Assembly (NCBI RefSeq): GCF_009914755.1 | Contig: NC_060927.1 | Length of the DNA: 64,000 nucleotides | From: the human T2T-CHM13v2.0 reference genome, Homo sapiens | Strand: one strand, 5' to 3' | Part shown: positions 13,626 to 27,331 of the stretch, piece after piece | Numbering within the stretch: the first letter of the stretch is position 1 | How the letters are laid out: each line of letters begins with the position of its first letter | The notes under the pieces: model-generated | Seen by the model: the letters and a program-made list of their open reading frames with translations, nothing else | Database searches by the model: none | What the model was told of the DNA's origin: nothing | Position numbers and translations under genes: made by a program

Positions 13626-16600
13626 AATTGCACAGTTAATTAATGGCAATCTTGACACCAGATCTTCTGACTCTTAACCTAGACTTCTTTCTACTCTACC
13701 ATGCTGCCTCTGAAATTAAGATTTTTGTTCAGGGTTCAAAAACACACACTCCTTGAGATCTCTTCCATATATCTTTTGCCTTCCTTCAATAGCCTATTAA
13801 ATAACATTTAGAAATGCAAATCTATCATGTGGAATTCATTTGTGAGGCAGTATGCATACATGTTTGAGCATGACATTCCCTTTATGCTTGAAATAAGAGT
13901 ATGGGTTAGGGACAAGCTAACTTCAAAACTTTTATGTTAAATAAAGTTATTTGCATTTTAGCACAAACAATTCTGGAACATTGTAAATCACAAGAGCGTG
14001 ATATAGCACCCACCACCTGCTGCTACGTACAAGAGTTGTGGCCATCAAATTTAATTATGTTAGGTATCTGAAATTCAGAGCACATTTAACCTAAGCAACA
14101 GTATTATAATTAATAATAGGCTTCTTATATTAGCAAAGAAAAGCTGCTTTAATCTAAAATGTGGCTAAATACTAGAGCACAGTATTTCTACAATACTATT
14201 AAAAGTGTAAAAATACTAAAACTGAAAAAGTTGGTTCTTAAGCAAGGAGGTTTGCTGGCAGAAGATGGGAAGGTAAATAAAAGTATGTGGCTATTTCAGA
14301 GGGGCTCTGGGGGCTTGGCCAAGGGCTATAGTCATTAATAATTGGGTTGCACATCAAAATGGAAAACTTTTTTTTCCATAACACAAGAATAACTCTATCA
14401 CTGTTCTTAAACTTCAAAACCACGCAAAGATGGAACTAAGAGAGGGACAACACAAAAGAGATTTTCATTTGTTCTTCTAAGACACACTTCAAGTACATAG
14501 AGTCTGCTTTCAAAAAGTTGCTATCTAGAAAGGCAAATATATATGTAAATCCAATGCTGTGCAGGGGTGAAGCAGAAGCTCAGCCCATGGGCTGGTGGTT
14601 CCCAAAGAAGGAGACTGAAGGAAGAGTTGAAAGACTTGATTAGGCAGAAACAGAAGCTGAAGAGGGCAACCCAGGAGGAGTGAGCTTTGTTCAAAGGCAT
14701 CGAGATACCACTCAGAGAGTTGTGTCAGGGTGCTATACATGGTTTAGTGTGAAGAGAAAGAAAAATGGAGATGCAATGTTTGAACTTTTAGACTGAAAGC
14801 CATAGAAAACCTTTAAATGATATGCAAATATGGCTTTCCTAAGGGAACCAGGAAATGGTTGGCAGAGAGTGTGTGGAGATAAGGCATTGCAAGGAGAGGA
14901 AATACGTGTGTGTAAATAGATGTACAAAGAGAATAGTATGTGTGCTATAAATTAAGTTTAAGAAGCAAATAAGCAAGTGAGAATAAGTGAAGAGAATGGC
15001 ACATGGAAATGTGCAAAAAGGAGGAAATGGTGAGCAGCAGACAGCACTGGTAGACAGCCTGGACCAGGACATGGCAGAGCTATGGACCACTCAGCAGAGC
15101 TCATGGAAGGAAAGAGCTGGTATTTGAATATGTAAGCTTTGGAAGTCAAATGTTTTTACTTACGATTACCCTTTATTTTACATTGGAGCTCACTGGGATC
15201 ACTGTACGATACCAGAATTGCCGAAGCTGAGGAGCACAAGATTTCAGCTAGAATGGCAACATCTCATTCCTAGAAAGGAAGAGCTCTTGCCATGGTGTGA
15301 AACACATCTTCTTTTATTAAGACATTATGAAGACATGGGTAGAGAGGTAGGAGAGGCATCTGCAATACCAACCATATATTGACATGAGGAGATACTACAT
15401 GGACTATTTCAAATGCTCCCAGGTTGGTGCTCAACAGCATCAACATTTATTCTTAGAGTCTGCATTTTTAATGGAAAACTACTGTGAATGGTAGTCCTGA
15501 AAGCAGAAAGGCCAAACCTTTCCTGGTTGTGTCGGCATGATTCTTTCCCAAGCTCATTTGCACTTTAGTGGTTTTGCTTTGCTTGGCCTTTTCCAACTTG
15601 GCAGCTCAGGAAGTAAAAATGAGGAACTCAGCAGATTTTTAAAGAGTTTTACTCCAAATGTTCTTTTAATGCTAGTATTTCTTGGACAGGGATTCCTGAT
15701 GTCCTAATTAATTGTTCTTGGTGTTTCTTTAAAAGCATCCTTTAGCATTTGTGAATCTGCCCATGGCTTTTGCTCTTAATTTGCACTCACTGATATTTTC
15801 CTTTAAAGCAGGAAAGACACTTCTCTGTGGCCAGGTGAAATATAAGTATATTTGGAGACACACTTGAAAATTGTTGAATTCACTGTCAACTTTGGGGCAG
15901 CAGCCTTAAGAAATGTCAACTGGCAAAAAGAAAGAAAAAAAAGAGTAGTGCTGCTCTGTCATTTCTTACTCCCCTCTGTGAGATCTGACTTTAACAATCT
16001 TTTGTTACTTCACAATACATTTTAAACTGCATTTGAAGTAATTAACACCCAGAATAGAATCTTTTTGTCACATTGAATTATCAGATATTGACTTTCCTTT
16101 GGGATATCTGACAGTTGCCCAAAATGTTGGTCTTAATCTAAAACCAAGAAGAGACCTCTGACATAGTGAAAGCCACTGAAGTGGCATTTATTAAATATAA
16201 ATGGTAAGTGTCTAAAGGGGAGGTAAGGAAAGAGCACTGGCTCTCATCCCCCCACCCTAATATCCTTCCAGCGCAAAGGGAAATTGCACTGGTGCTGAGC
16301 TGAAGCTCCATCAGTTTCATCCGTCATGTGATGTTTTAAAGATGTATGCATTCCTATACAGCATTACCTTTGCATTGAGAAATAAAGAGTATTCTGACCC
16401 TTAGGTTCTGGCTCCAATCTGCCAATCTGCCCATAAATACAAGGGTTTCTATTAGACTATTATCTGGAAAGTGACTTATATAAGGCGAAAAATTAAATGA
16501 TATTGATTTGAAATGAAAAAAGCTCATTTATGTGCATTTTAGGAACCTTAAGTGAATCAGCTAAATATATGCACTGAGAAAAATAAGTTACCCTCTAGGT

Positions 16601-16812
16601 AGTATCTTGTAATAAGCTGGAAACATAAAACCCATTAATAGTATTAGAAATTAGATGCCTAATGAATTGTGCCCATTATGGAGATTTTCTGTGATAACAA
16701 TTCCTTGAAAAAAGCTAGAGACTGCCCGTATCTCTGTGACATAAGAGAAAAGATACAAGTGAAAGCATATTTCACATGATTAAAGAAACATAGGCCAAGT
16801 TCTGGTACTTAC

Positions 16813-16918
16813 TATGTAAGGACTATGGCCACTGCATCATTCAACACACTCTCTCCAAACAAGAGTGTGTACAGGTCAGGGTCGACGTGCAGTTCATGGA
16901 AAATGGCCAGCACTGTCA
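16813..16918 (-). CDS. SLC9A9: SLC9A9/NHE9 internal coding exon (exon 6 by recalled numbering), 106 nt, phase 1 to phase 2; absent from the ORF track
   Basis: Minus strand reads GTGTCTTCCTAG|TG ACA GTG CTG...CTT ACA TA|GTAAGTA. Translation (V)[34 protein letters not shown](Y) carries the NHE signature FGESVLND. Confidence 0.97.
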
Positions 16919-17084
16919 CTAGGAAGACACACACAAACATGCAGGTTAGCTTGGATGCAGGCATGGAGTTTTCCTTGGCTATGGTCACCACTCAAAAACA
17001 TTAATGAAATGCTCATCTTCTCAAATCCAATGACTATACTAACACCAGACCTTTATTCAAAAAATATCTGATGCTTAAGAGGCT

Positions 17085-17334
17085 TCTCTTGGCTCCCTAC
17101 TGCTTAAAGATAAAATTTGAGCTCCAAAGTACAAGTACCCTACAATCTGCACCTTGCTTACCCTCTAGCCTCATCTCCCTCTGCCCCCTTTGCTGCCTTT
17201 CTCAAGTCACACTGAACTTGCCATAATTTCCCAAACACACTGTGTAGTTTCTTAACTACCTTTGCATTTTGATTCCTTCTACTATGGCAGCAATTCCTTC
17301 CTCGTCCACTTGCTACCATCCTCGTATTCCTTAA

Positions 17335-17380
<46 letters not shown>

Positions 17381-17645
17381 TTCTTGCTACCAAGGACTCA
17401 TTTTTTTCATTCTTTAAGAACCTTTCAACTGTCCCCCTCCCAACCCTTCAACTGCCTCAGCAGAGGCCTGGCTCACTCCTTTCTGGATCCCAGCATTTGG
17501 ATCAAATCACTGAACTTACCACAGAAAGGACTGGGAGCTCCCTGGAAATGGGGTTCATCTTTGGACACATGGTGTTAGACCATACTCAGTAACTGCTTGA
17601 TGCATGAATGACTAAATGAATGAGTGAATGAATAAATGAATAAAT
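17085..17645. mobile_element. L2 3' region with internal (AC)20 and (TGAA)n tail
   Basis: ggctccctactgcttaaagataaaa...tcagtaactgcttgatgcatgaatga...gaatgaataaatgaa. Confidence 0.65.
17337..17376. repeat. (AC)20 microsatellite, read as (UG)n in the pre-mRNA
   Basis: Direct reading. Confidence 0.97.
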
Positions 17646-18619
17646 GTTGTTGCAATGGCCTACTCCTGTGAAGGGAGACACGGTTCCACCTGGGTCTCAT
17701 TCTGTCCTGAGATCACACTCACCCGTGAAGATGGACTCAATGATCTTAAGAACAGGACATGAGGATTTGTTTCTGGTTGCCTGCTGCATGGCCTGCTACT
17801 ATATGCCATGTTCTTGTATTGAGCCTCTGTGAGTACATTAGGGCAGTCAATAATCACACACTGATTATCTGTGTTCATCAAAACTATTCAATATCTTGAT
17901 ATTTAAAACAGTTAAGCAGAGTGTGAACAGCAATCATTAGGAAAATGATCCATTGAATTAATTGCCAAGGGGGAAAGAGGGAGGTTGAAAACGATATTGA
18001 TGGCAAATGTCTAAGGCAGAATGGGTATTTTTAATTCTGTTTTTCCTTTCCTATTTCATGGGTGGTGAGGTTAGTAACTGTGTTGTACAAAACAGTGCTA
18101 CGAGGAAATAAAAGCAAGACAGACAAGTTGAATGTGAAGGTTTTATAAGTAGGATTAAGAAGTTTGGAGCTTGTTCTTTCATAATAGAGAGTCATGAAGG
18201 GTTTTAATAAGAGAGATGACACAATCTGAACTTTGGAAATAAAGCTCAGGCAGAAGAGCAGAGGGCAGAATGGACACATGGCTGGAGGCTTTCCCAATAA
18301 TTTCAGGAAGAGATGAGTTGTACCAGGACAGGAAGAGGCCCGGATTCATGCTCCCAAACTCTTACATGTTCACTGTCCTGGGTTCTAATAGACCAATGAC
18401 CACTGTGCTTTGTACTTCACAAATATACCTCACTGGTTTTCATCTTCTCTGTGTGCCACAAGCCCTTAGCACAGTGATGCGACATAGTAAGCCTTTAATG
18501 AGTGAACGAATAAGAGAGAACATCAAGGAAGATATAGCAGAGGTGACAGCACCCCAGAGATATTTGAGATGGAAAATTGGTGGGTGTTGGTGCTTGAGAG
18601 GCAGCAAGGAATGACTCTG

Positions 18620-18845
18620 GATTTTGATCTATTGTACAACATGTGACTATATTTAGTAGCAATGTATTGTACACTTGAAAATTGCTGAGAGAGCAGATTT
18701 TAAGTGTTCTAAGCACAATGACAAAAGCATGCGAGGTAATACATATATTAATAAGCCTGATTTAGCTATTCTGCAAGATATGCATATTTCAAAAAATTAT
18801 GCTGTGTACATAATATATACAGTTCTTGTCAATTAAAAAGTGTTT
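18620..18845 (+). mobile_element. L1MA8-10-like 3' end fragment
   Basis: aatgtattgtacacttgaaaattgctgagagagcagattttaagtgttct...gtcaattaaaa. Confidence 0.75.
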
Positions 18846-20247
18846 TTAAAGAAGTTACTGCAAAATCCAAAAAAAGAAAGAAAATGCCATATGAATTGAC
18901 ATGACAATTGGCCAGATCCCATTTTATCAGGCATAGAATCAATTTTATTATTCTAGCTGAATAGGTCCTATTAATCATGATAGGTAAAATGGCAGAGATC
19001 TGCTTTTTACTAGCATGCAGCTGTTAACATTTGCCACAACTTTTAGACGTTGCAGTTGGTGGGAGGGAACAAGCAAACACTTCTGCTAAGTAATCTCTTT
19101 CTCCTTTTTGGATAGAGTTAAGACACTGCATCTACCCAAAACAAAAAAGTTACAATGGGGTTTGGTTAGCAACATTTTCCTTTGGCTAGGATCTTGTGGA
19201 ATAAAAGTAACATTTTTTTTTAACTAGAACATTCTATCATGGCCTCTCTATTGTTAACTTTAGACTCTGTAGCTGTTCATTTGTATCATCAAGCTCTGAA
19301 GATGACTTGCAGCCCATCTCCACTTCCATGGAGGTTTCCTAGGCCCAGGAAAAGGAAGGTAAGGCCCTTACCCCACCTCCCCACTTATGGAGCCCCTCTG
19401 CCCTATGGGGAAGACTCTACACCTGTCTAACGAAAGCTTTGAGCTTTTAAGAGGAAAGGCTTTTAATTGAATATCCAGTTTTGTTCATAACTGCTCTGAC
19501 ATTCCCACAATTCCTTTTGAACAAAGAACTGAACTCTGTTTCATAAACGATGTCCCACACAAAAGAGAAAACTGTTACTTTGCACATTCTTGTCTACCCT
19601 GTGAAGAAATGGAATAGTTTTGAAATAAAGCTAGACAGTGTGTCCTACAAGAGGGAGTATTTTGCTGGGAACACAAATGAGTCAAATAGGTGAGTCAGGA
19701 AATTAGCCACCCACTCTGCTGCTGAGCTTGGAGCTTTTAAAAAACTCATTTAATTAGCTCCCTGGCAGGGCTCAATCTTACACGCAATGTCCAAGACTCT
19801 CTGCAGCACCTCCACAGGAGAGAATCTTTGGGACAGCTGTGGACATGCACATACCAGCTCTGCCCACACCTTGCAAGGCTGGTAAAGATAACCTAGGTCC
19901 AAGGCAGGACTAAAAGTCAATGCCCATGTAAATGAGAGTTCTTGGGACCACAAGAGGAAAACACTCTGGACATCGTGTGGATAGGAAGGGGAAAAGATGC
20001 AATCCGATTTCTTAAACCTTTGATTTTATCAGACAATTTGGTCATTTTGTCTTTAACTTACTTTAGTTCCACTCATCTTTTAGTGGCAGATTTTCATGCT
20101 TCACTTGTGGCTTGGAGTTCCTTCTCCTCTACATACCCTCTTCTTACATGATGTTGTAGCTAGAGAAAAATTCACTTTGTCTTTCAAATTGATAATAAAA
20201 GATACAAGCACATATGATCTTATGCTCAAGGAGATGAACATGCACAT

Positions 20248-20250
<3 letters not shown>

Positions 20251-20278
<28 letters not shown>
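20251..20278. repeat. (CA)14 microsatellite, read as (UG)n in the pre-mRNA
   Basis: Direct reading. Confidence 0.97.
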
Positions 20279-20285
<7 letters not shown>

Positions 20286-22017
20286 CCCTACCTCTAGGTA
20301 AGCATAATAGAGGAATGTGATAACTGAGAAATGCCACTGAATCCTTGCAGATCTCTGAGAAAATAATTTCAGCCATCAAATGGTAAGGGTCTTTGAGCGG
20401 AATGAGTGAGGAGCCAGTGGTGTGGACTGCACTCTGAGAAGCTTTTGATAAAGGATGAAGAGAGAAAAAGCCATAACTTATGAGGTCTAAGTGAGGCTTT
20501 CTCTTAGACATCTAATTTATAGGTTGACAAGAATAAGCCAGAGGAAAGAGAGGCTGAAGACAGAGAGAAAGGATGAGAAAACTGCTGGAGCAAGGTCTGG
20601 AGAAGGCAGAAGAAAACTGAAGGGCAGAAGGGGAATGTGTCTTTTCAGGAAAGTAAGATCATCTGCTGAGAGTCAGGAGAGAAACACATGAGTTAGAGGC
20701 TACAGGAAGGTTGAAAATGTGCAGAATATCTTGGAGGCAGGTAATGCAAGTTTCATGAAAAACTGTTAGGGTCAAACATAGGATAATTCTCAGTCTGTAA
20801 GAGAAAAACTGTAACACTAAAATGATATAATATTTTGATTTTTTCATCATACCAAGGGTCTTTTCCCCTACAACTCTATTATAGCATCAAAACTAATCCT
20901 TTTTCATCTCAAAGATGATAACCACACCTAGTGATAAAAATACAGATCATGACTACATGACTCCATGAGTATCTCAATGTGTTTACTCTTAGATGTTTGA
21001 CAATTTTTTTTAAACTGCTGTCTTTTCAGCTGACCACTTTCTTGATGCCCTTTCAGAACTTCCAAGTCTTTAGGGTGATTTAGTGACAGCCCCTTCCCTA
21101 GAATCTCCATTAGCAGCTCTATGACCCCTATTTTCTAAGTGTTTTACAAGGAATTTAAATTTCAAATGATATTTTAATGTGGCAGCTCTCAGCAACCTAG
21201 CACAAGATCTGCCTAGGTCGAAGGACAACAACATACAATAGTTCCTACCCCTGTCCTCCTACGTTGTCATTCAGCCTTGTCAAAATGCTGGCTCTCCCTT
21301 GGAGAGTGCTCTCTATGGTTTTCTGTGCAAATCACTATGTATGACACTTGTCCATGACACACAGAGAATCAAAAACATCTGAAGATTTTGCAGCTGAATC
21401 GGTGTCAGGCCTGACAGGTGTAGAACCTTGGTATTCTCATAAACGAGGTAGCATTTTTCCATTTCCAAAAAATGATTATTGTGAAAATGTATTTTCTTTT
21501 TCTAAGAAGGAGGATGGAGGAGGAAATTCTCCTGTAACTTTTCCCACTTTCCTGAAAAATTGTATACGGTGAGATCTGAAGGAGAGGCTTTCAAAAAAGT
21601 TGTGGTATCTGGGTGCAGGCTGAAATATGGGAATTATTTTGAGAATTATTAAATTCTCAGTGAAGACTTAGCAGCAAAATTGATGCATGGATTGATTTTG
21701 CCAGTCAAGCTCTGCCAGTCATAATCCTAGAATACAAGTGAAAAGACTAACCCTTCTGAGTTACATGAGAGAAACAATGCCAGATCTACAAAGCTAATGA
21801 CTAGTCATTCAATTTGTTTAGGTCATTCTAAATTTTAAGTTACACAAAACATCATGAGGAATTTAGCCCTAAAACTTTGCAATTTTATTTTAACCATCAA
21901 TATGCTATATCATTTTGGTACTGAGGTAATAGTGGAGAATATATGATATGCATGCACACACTTGTAGCCTTCCTCAAACAGGGTTCCTTGGGGAAAACAA
22001 GCTCTTATGCCCCAGAG

Positions 22018-22835
<818 letters not shown>

Positions 22836-24252
22836 CCCTAAGGCATTTGTTATATGTAATGAATTAACTTATTTCCTCTCTGTTGAGAATCATACTAGCT
22901 AAGCACATCCTTGAGAGAAATGAGAAAATATTCCCTCCAGTCATCTTCGGTAGAGCTTAATTCTCTTGTTGAGAAGGGCTCCTGAGATCTTAGTATCTTT
23001 TGCCATGCAATAACCAGCTGATTCTTTTGGTATACATGTAGGGGATTTCTAATAACTTTTAAATGAGGAAAATTATTCTTTTTACATTAACTCCACTGTC
23101 ACATTTCTAGAGTCATATTTCTGTTGCTGATATTTATATTTGTTTAAGCCCTTTTTTTTGAAATGTAAGGCTTTGTGGGCAGAGATTTATTATGGGTGCA
23201 TGATAAAAACACTGACAATCCCACCTCCATCCCTTTGACTTCAAACATGGCTGAGTGGTGTTTGAGAATAATCAATTGCCTTTTTTTGATTAAAAAACAG
23301 AAATACAATCCCTAGCAGTCACTGAGAGTAGAAAAAGGTAACCAGAAGGTCATGCAGTTTGGATTAAGAAAAGTAGGATATATTAAGACTGGAAAGGGAG
23401 AAACTGGAAAATCAATCCAGGTGGGGAATGTTTTCCAGGTCTTGTATCTGGGAACTTATGGACTGAAATCTGCTGGCACTTTACCTAGTGCCTTAAAATC
23501 TTCCCCAAGGGTACCTACATCAGAGATATTCTAAATTTAACATTAGCAAAGAACATAAACATTTAACAAAGATTCAATTTTCTCACCAGTGAGGTTTAAT
23601 GAGCCATGGTGCCGTTTAATGGGGAATCTGTGCAACATGCCCAGTATCTGAGTGACGATGACTCACCCCTTCATACAAGCATTTTCCAATTAGGATTTTC
23701 ACTTCAGCATTTTTCCTTTTTAAAAATGAAAATGGTGGGCAAGGGTTTATCTACAAATCATGAAAAAACATTAAAAAAGGCCTGTGGAGTAAAAAAGCAG
23801 CAGCCATAGTTAGGATGGGTCACCAAAAAAAATCAAACACCAAAAAAAATCAACACTTAGAGGTAAAAATATCACTGTGACCCATGACATGTAAGAACTG
23901 TGAGGAAAGAGACATGTTTAAAAGACAACTGTGTTAGTCATGATCATGGTACACACAAAATAAGAGGGCTTCCCAAACAAATGTTTCTCTTGCTACAAAA
24001 AGATATGAAACAAGCAGATATCTTGTACCATCACTTTCCAATCAGTGGATCAGGACACAAAGGGACATTACAGAACTGTTTCAAAGTGGAAGATGAACAT
24101 TCCTGCTCCTTAAATAGATTAGAAAGTTGCCAAGGGTAAACAAGAGTAATATTGAGAAGAGTCAACACTGGGCCTGTGTGAGATACAGGGAAGAAAAAAA
24201 GATGGAAAGAGAGGGGTCATATCATAAATCCCCTATCCCTGTCATCACCCTG

Positions 24253-25226
24253 TGTGGTAAGCTGAAGAATGCCTCATCCTTGGAGCATATGAATATGTTG
24301 CCTTGCATGCCAAAAGGAGTTTTGCAGGTGTAATTAACGTTATTGATATAGTTTGGGTGTATCCCCACCCAAATCTCATCTTGAATTTTAGCTCCCATAA
24401 TTCCCACATGTCATGGAAGGGACCCTGTGGGAGGTAATTAAATCATGAGGAGCTGGTCTTTCCTGTGCTGTTCTTGTGATAGTGAGCAAGTCTCACGAGC
24501 TCTGAGGGATTCATAAAGGGAAGTTCCGGTACACAAGCTCTCTCTTGCCTGCCACCGTGTAAGACGTAACTTTGCTCTTCATTTGCCTTCCACCATGATT
24601 GTGAGGCCTTCCCAGCCATGTGGAGCTGTGAGTCAATTAAACCTCTTTCCTTTAAACATTAGCTGGTCTTGGTTATATCTTTATCAGCAGCGTGAGAACA
24701 GACTAATACAGTTATGGATCTTAAAATAGGCAGATCATGTTACATTATGTGGGCAGGTCCAACCTAATCACTGGAGCTCTTAAAAGCAGAAAAATTTATT
24801 AGGCTATAGTCAGAGAGATGTAGCTGAAGAGACATGAAAGAAAGGGAAAGTTGGGAAGATCCCAAGTGTGAGAAGGATCCAACACACTGTTCTTGGCTCT
24901 GAGATGTAGGGGATCACTTGCAAGAGCCAGAGAGAGAAAAACCTCTTGGAGCCAAGCATGACCTCAACTTTCAGCCCCAAGGAAACAGAGACCTTGGTCT
25001 TCTGATGGGAAGAAACTGCATTCTGTCAACAACCTGAACCTAGAGCTTTCTGATGAGAATCTTACCAGTCAGTAGGTTGATTTTCACCTTGTGAGACTCT
25101 GATCTAAGAACCCAATTGAACCAACCTGGACTTCTGACCTATGGAACTGTGAGACAATATGTTTGTGCTGTCTTAATCCGCTAAGTTTGCGGTAATTTCT
25201 CATAGCAGTTCTAGCAAACAAATACA
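24253..25226 (+). mobile_element. MLT1 (D/E-like) MaLR solo LTR, host of THE1B
   Basis: tgtggtaagctgaa...gacttctgacctatggaactgtgagacaata...caaacaaataca. TSD ccctg/ctctg. Confidence 0.82.
24344..24710 (+). mobile_element. THE1B-like MaLR solo LTR nested in an MLT1 LTR
   Basis: TG...CA ends (tgatatagtttgg...gactaataca). Perfect 5-bp TSD GTTAT at 24339 and 24711. Confidence 0.92.
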
Positions 25227-26264
25227 CTCTGCTCCCCTCTTACAATAAGAACGACAAAACAGTGGGCAGACCAAGCTCCCATACATTTGGTTTTTCAATA
25301 TATGAGTTAATGAGTGGAGATGTGGCTAGAATGTCCTCTTAGCTATAGCACAGCTCTCCCTCCCCTTATCCCACCACTGACAGGAAAGAAGTAAGTCACT
25401 TAAACAAACCCATGTTTTAGATTATGCTTAACAAGGAAAAACCTGGACCAATGACGAGGCTGTAGATTTTCAAATATGTGTGCCTATGAGGTCCTCTGTT
25501 GCTGATGTAATTTTCCATGTGTGTCCCTCTTGGTGCCATTGTCACACACCACAGATCACTCATTTACTCAGAATGCACCATTTTATAGCTCATCAAATCA
25601 CTTTATTTGAAAGTTTTTACCATATCTGGGCTACATTGTTGAGTGCAATCACGGTGAAGAATTGGTGATGAGATGGGAATGGTGAAGTCCAAACTAGGAT
25701 GGAAGGTTAACAAACCAGGCAAGCCAAGTCTGAGGGGAGCAAGCCAAAAGTCATAAAGCAGCTCTCACCATAGAAGCAAACAATGGCCATTTTAATTTTC
25801 TTTTTGAGCTTTTTTGTATTTTCTAAAATTTCTACAATAAATGTGCACTATTTTTAGAATTAGAAAAGACAGCAACCTACTTATGAAACTGGTAAAACTT
25901 AACAAGAACATAAAGCATGGAACTCAGAGTCTCTTCCCCAAGGCCACGGATGCTGTCTGTGAGGACACAGCCTTCCTCAGGATTTCTCCCTGGGTTTCCA
26001 CACTGCTCGACCCCACTGTGGCACCTGGCACTGTGAACCCTTCCTGTCTCTCCAAGTGCTCCCCTCCTTTGTTTTGAGGAGACTAGCCCCTTGTGATTTT
26101 CCTTCAACACCTCCAGATTTTCTTCACTCTCCTTTGTAAACCCATCCCTTTAATAGAGGTGTTGCCCAGGAAAACATCTCCAGTCCCCTTCTCACTCTGT
26201 AAACTTGACTTGAGTAATTTCATCAACATCTGGTGATGTCAATCTCTAGCCCATCCCTTCCTCT

Positions 26265-26390
26265 ATTTTTAGTAGAGACAGGGTTTCCTTATGTTGGCCA
26301 GGCTGGTCTCGAACTCCTGACCTCAAATGATCCACCCACCTCAGCCTCCCAAAATGCTGGGATTACAGGTGTAAGCCACTGTGTCCGGCC
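26265..26390 (-). mobile_element. Alu left arm only (AluS-like), inside an L2
   Basis: atttttagtagagacagggtttc...gtgtccggcc. No right arm. Flanked by tcctct on both sides. Confidence 0.88.
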
Positions 26391-27148
26391 TCCTCTTTCT
26401 CAGCTATAGACTCCCATATCCAACCATTGCCAAGACAACTCCTGTTGGAGTTGTTCTACTTGAAAAACTACTTATCGAGCACCTGCTGTGTATGTCTTAC
26501 AGATTCCCTACCCACTAACTAGCCTCAGCAACTCTGCTGCTCTTGTTCTTGAATTACAATCTCAAGGAGTGGAACCATCACTGACCACAAACTTTATGTT
26601 TATATTTTTTAGTGGTGTGATTTATCTTAGTTACAATTGAAAAATCTCCAGCTTTAGAGAATATAATATTAAGAGGCAAGCCACATTTTGTAGTTCAGTG
26701 TCTTACAAGGTCAGGCAAGGAGAGAAAAAGAAACCAGTTTCAGAAATGTTCTATTGTACTAGATACTGCAGCATAAACTAGCGCTGTCATTTCTGAAATT
26801 TTAGCCCTACAGTAATCCCTTCTGGACTGAAAAATAATATACGAATGAAGAAGTTCAGTTGCAGATAAAATACGTATATGAAAGTAGCATTTTGAGATCG
26901 TTTCAAGATGGCCGAATAGGAATGGCTCCAGTCTACAGCTCCCAGCATGAGCGATGCAGAAGACAGGTGATTTCTGCATTTCCAACTGAGGTATTGGGTT
27001 CATCTCACTGGGACTTGTTGGACAGTGGGCGCAGCCCACAGAGTGTGAGCTGAAGCAGGGCGGGGCATCACCTCACCCGAGAAGTGCAAGGGGTCAGGGA
27101 ATTCCCTTTCCTACCCAAGGGAAGCCATGAGACAGGGTACCTGGAAAC

Positions 27149-27331
27149 TCAGGACACTCGTGCTCTAATACTGTGCTTTTCCAAAGGTCTTAGCAAACGG
27201 TACTCCAGGAGATTATATCCTATGCCTGTCTCGGTGGGTCCTACGCCCACGGAGCCTTGCTCACTGCTAGCACAGCAGTCCGAGATGAAATTGCGAGGTA
27301 GCAGCCAGGCTGGGGGAGGGGTGTCTGCCAT
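27149..27331 (-). other. L1 antisense ORF0 homolog, 60 aa (truncated)
   Basis: MADTPPPAWLLPRNFISDCCASSEQGSVGVGPTETGIGYNLLEYRLLRPLEKHSIRARVS* resembles primate L1 ORF0 (MAGAPPPASLPPCSLISDCCAS...). It ends at a TGA where younger L1s have CGA. Expression not shown. Confidence 0.8.

Noticed and set aside
20101-20511. 136-aa ORF as an independent gene
   Set aside because: It runs through a (TG)n microsatellite and resembles no protein I know. Only its last 19 codons are considered, as a possible cryptic exon.
23821-23853. Short direct duplications (caccaaaaaaaatcaa x2; also aatcttactcataataaaa x2 near 53538-53593)
   Set aside because: Ordinary slippage duplications with no sign of function.
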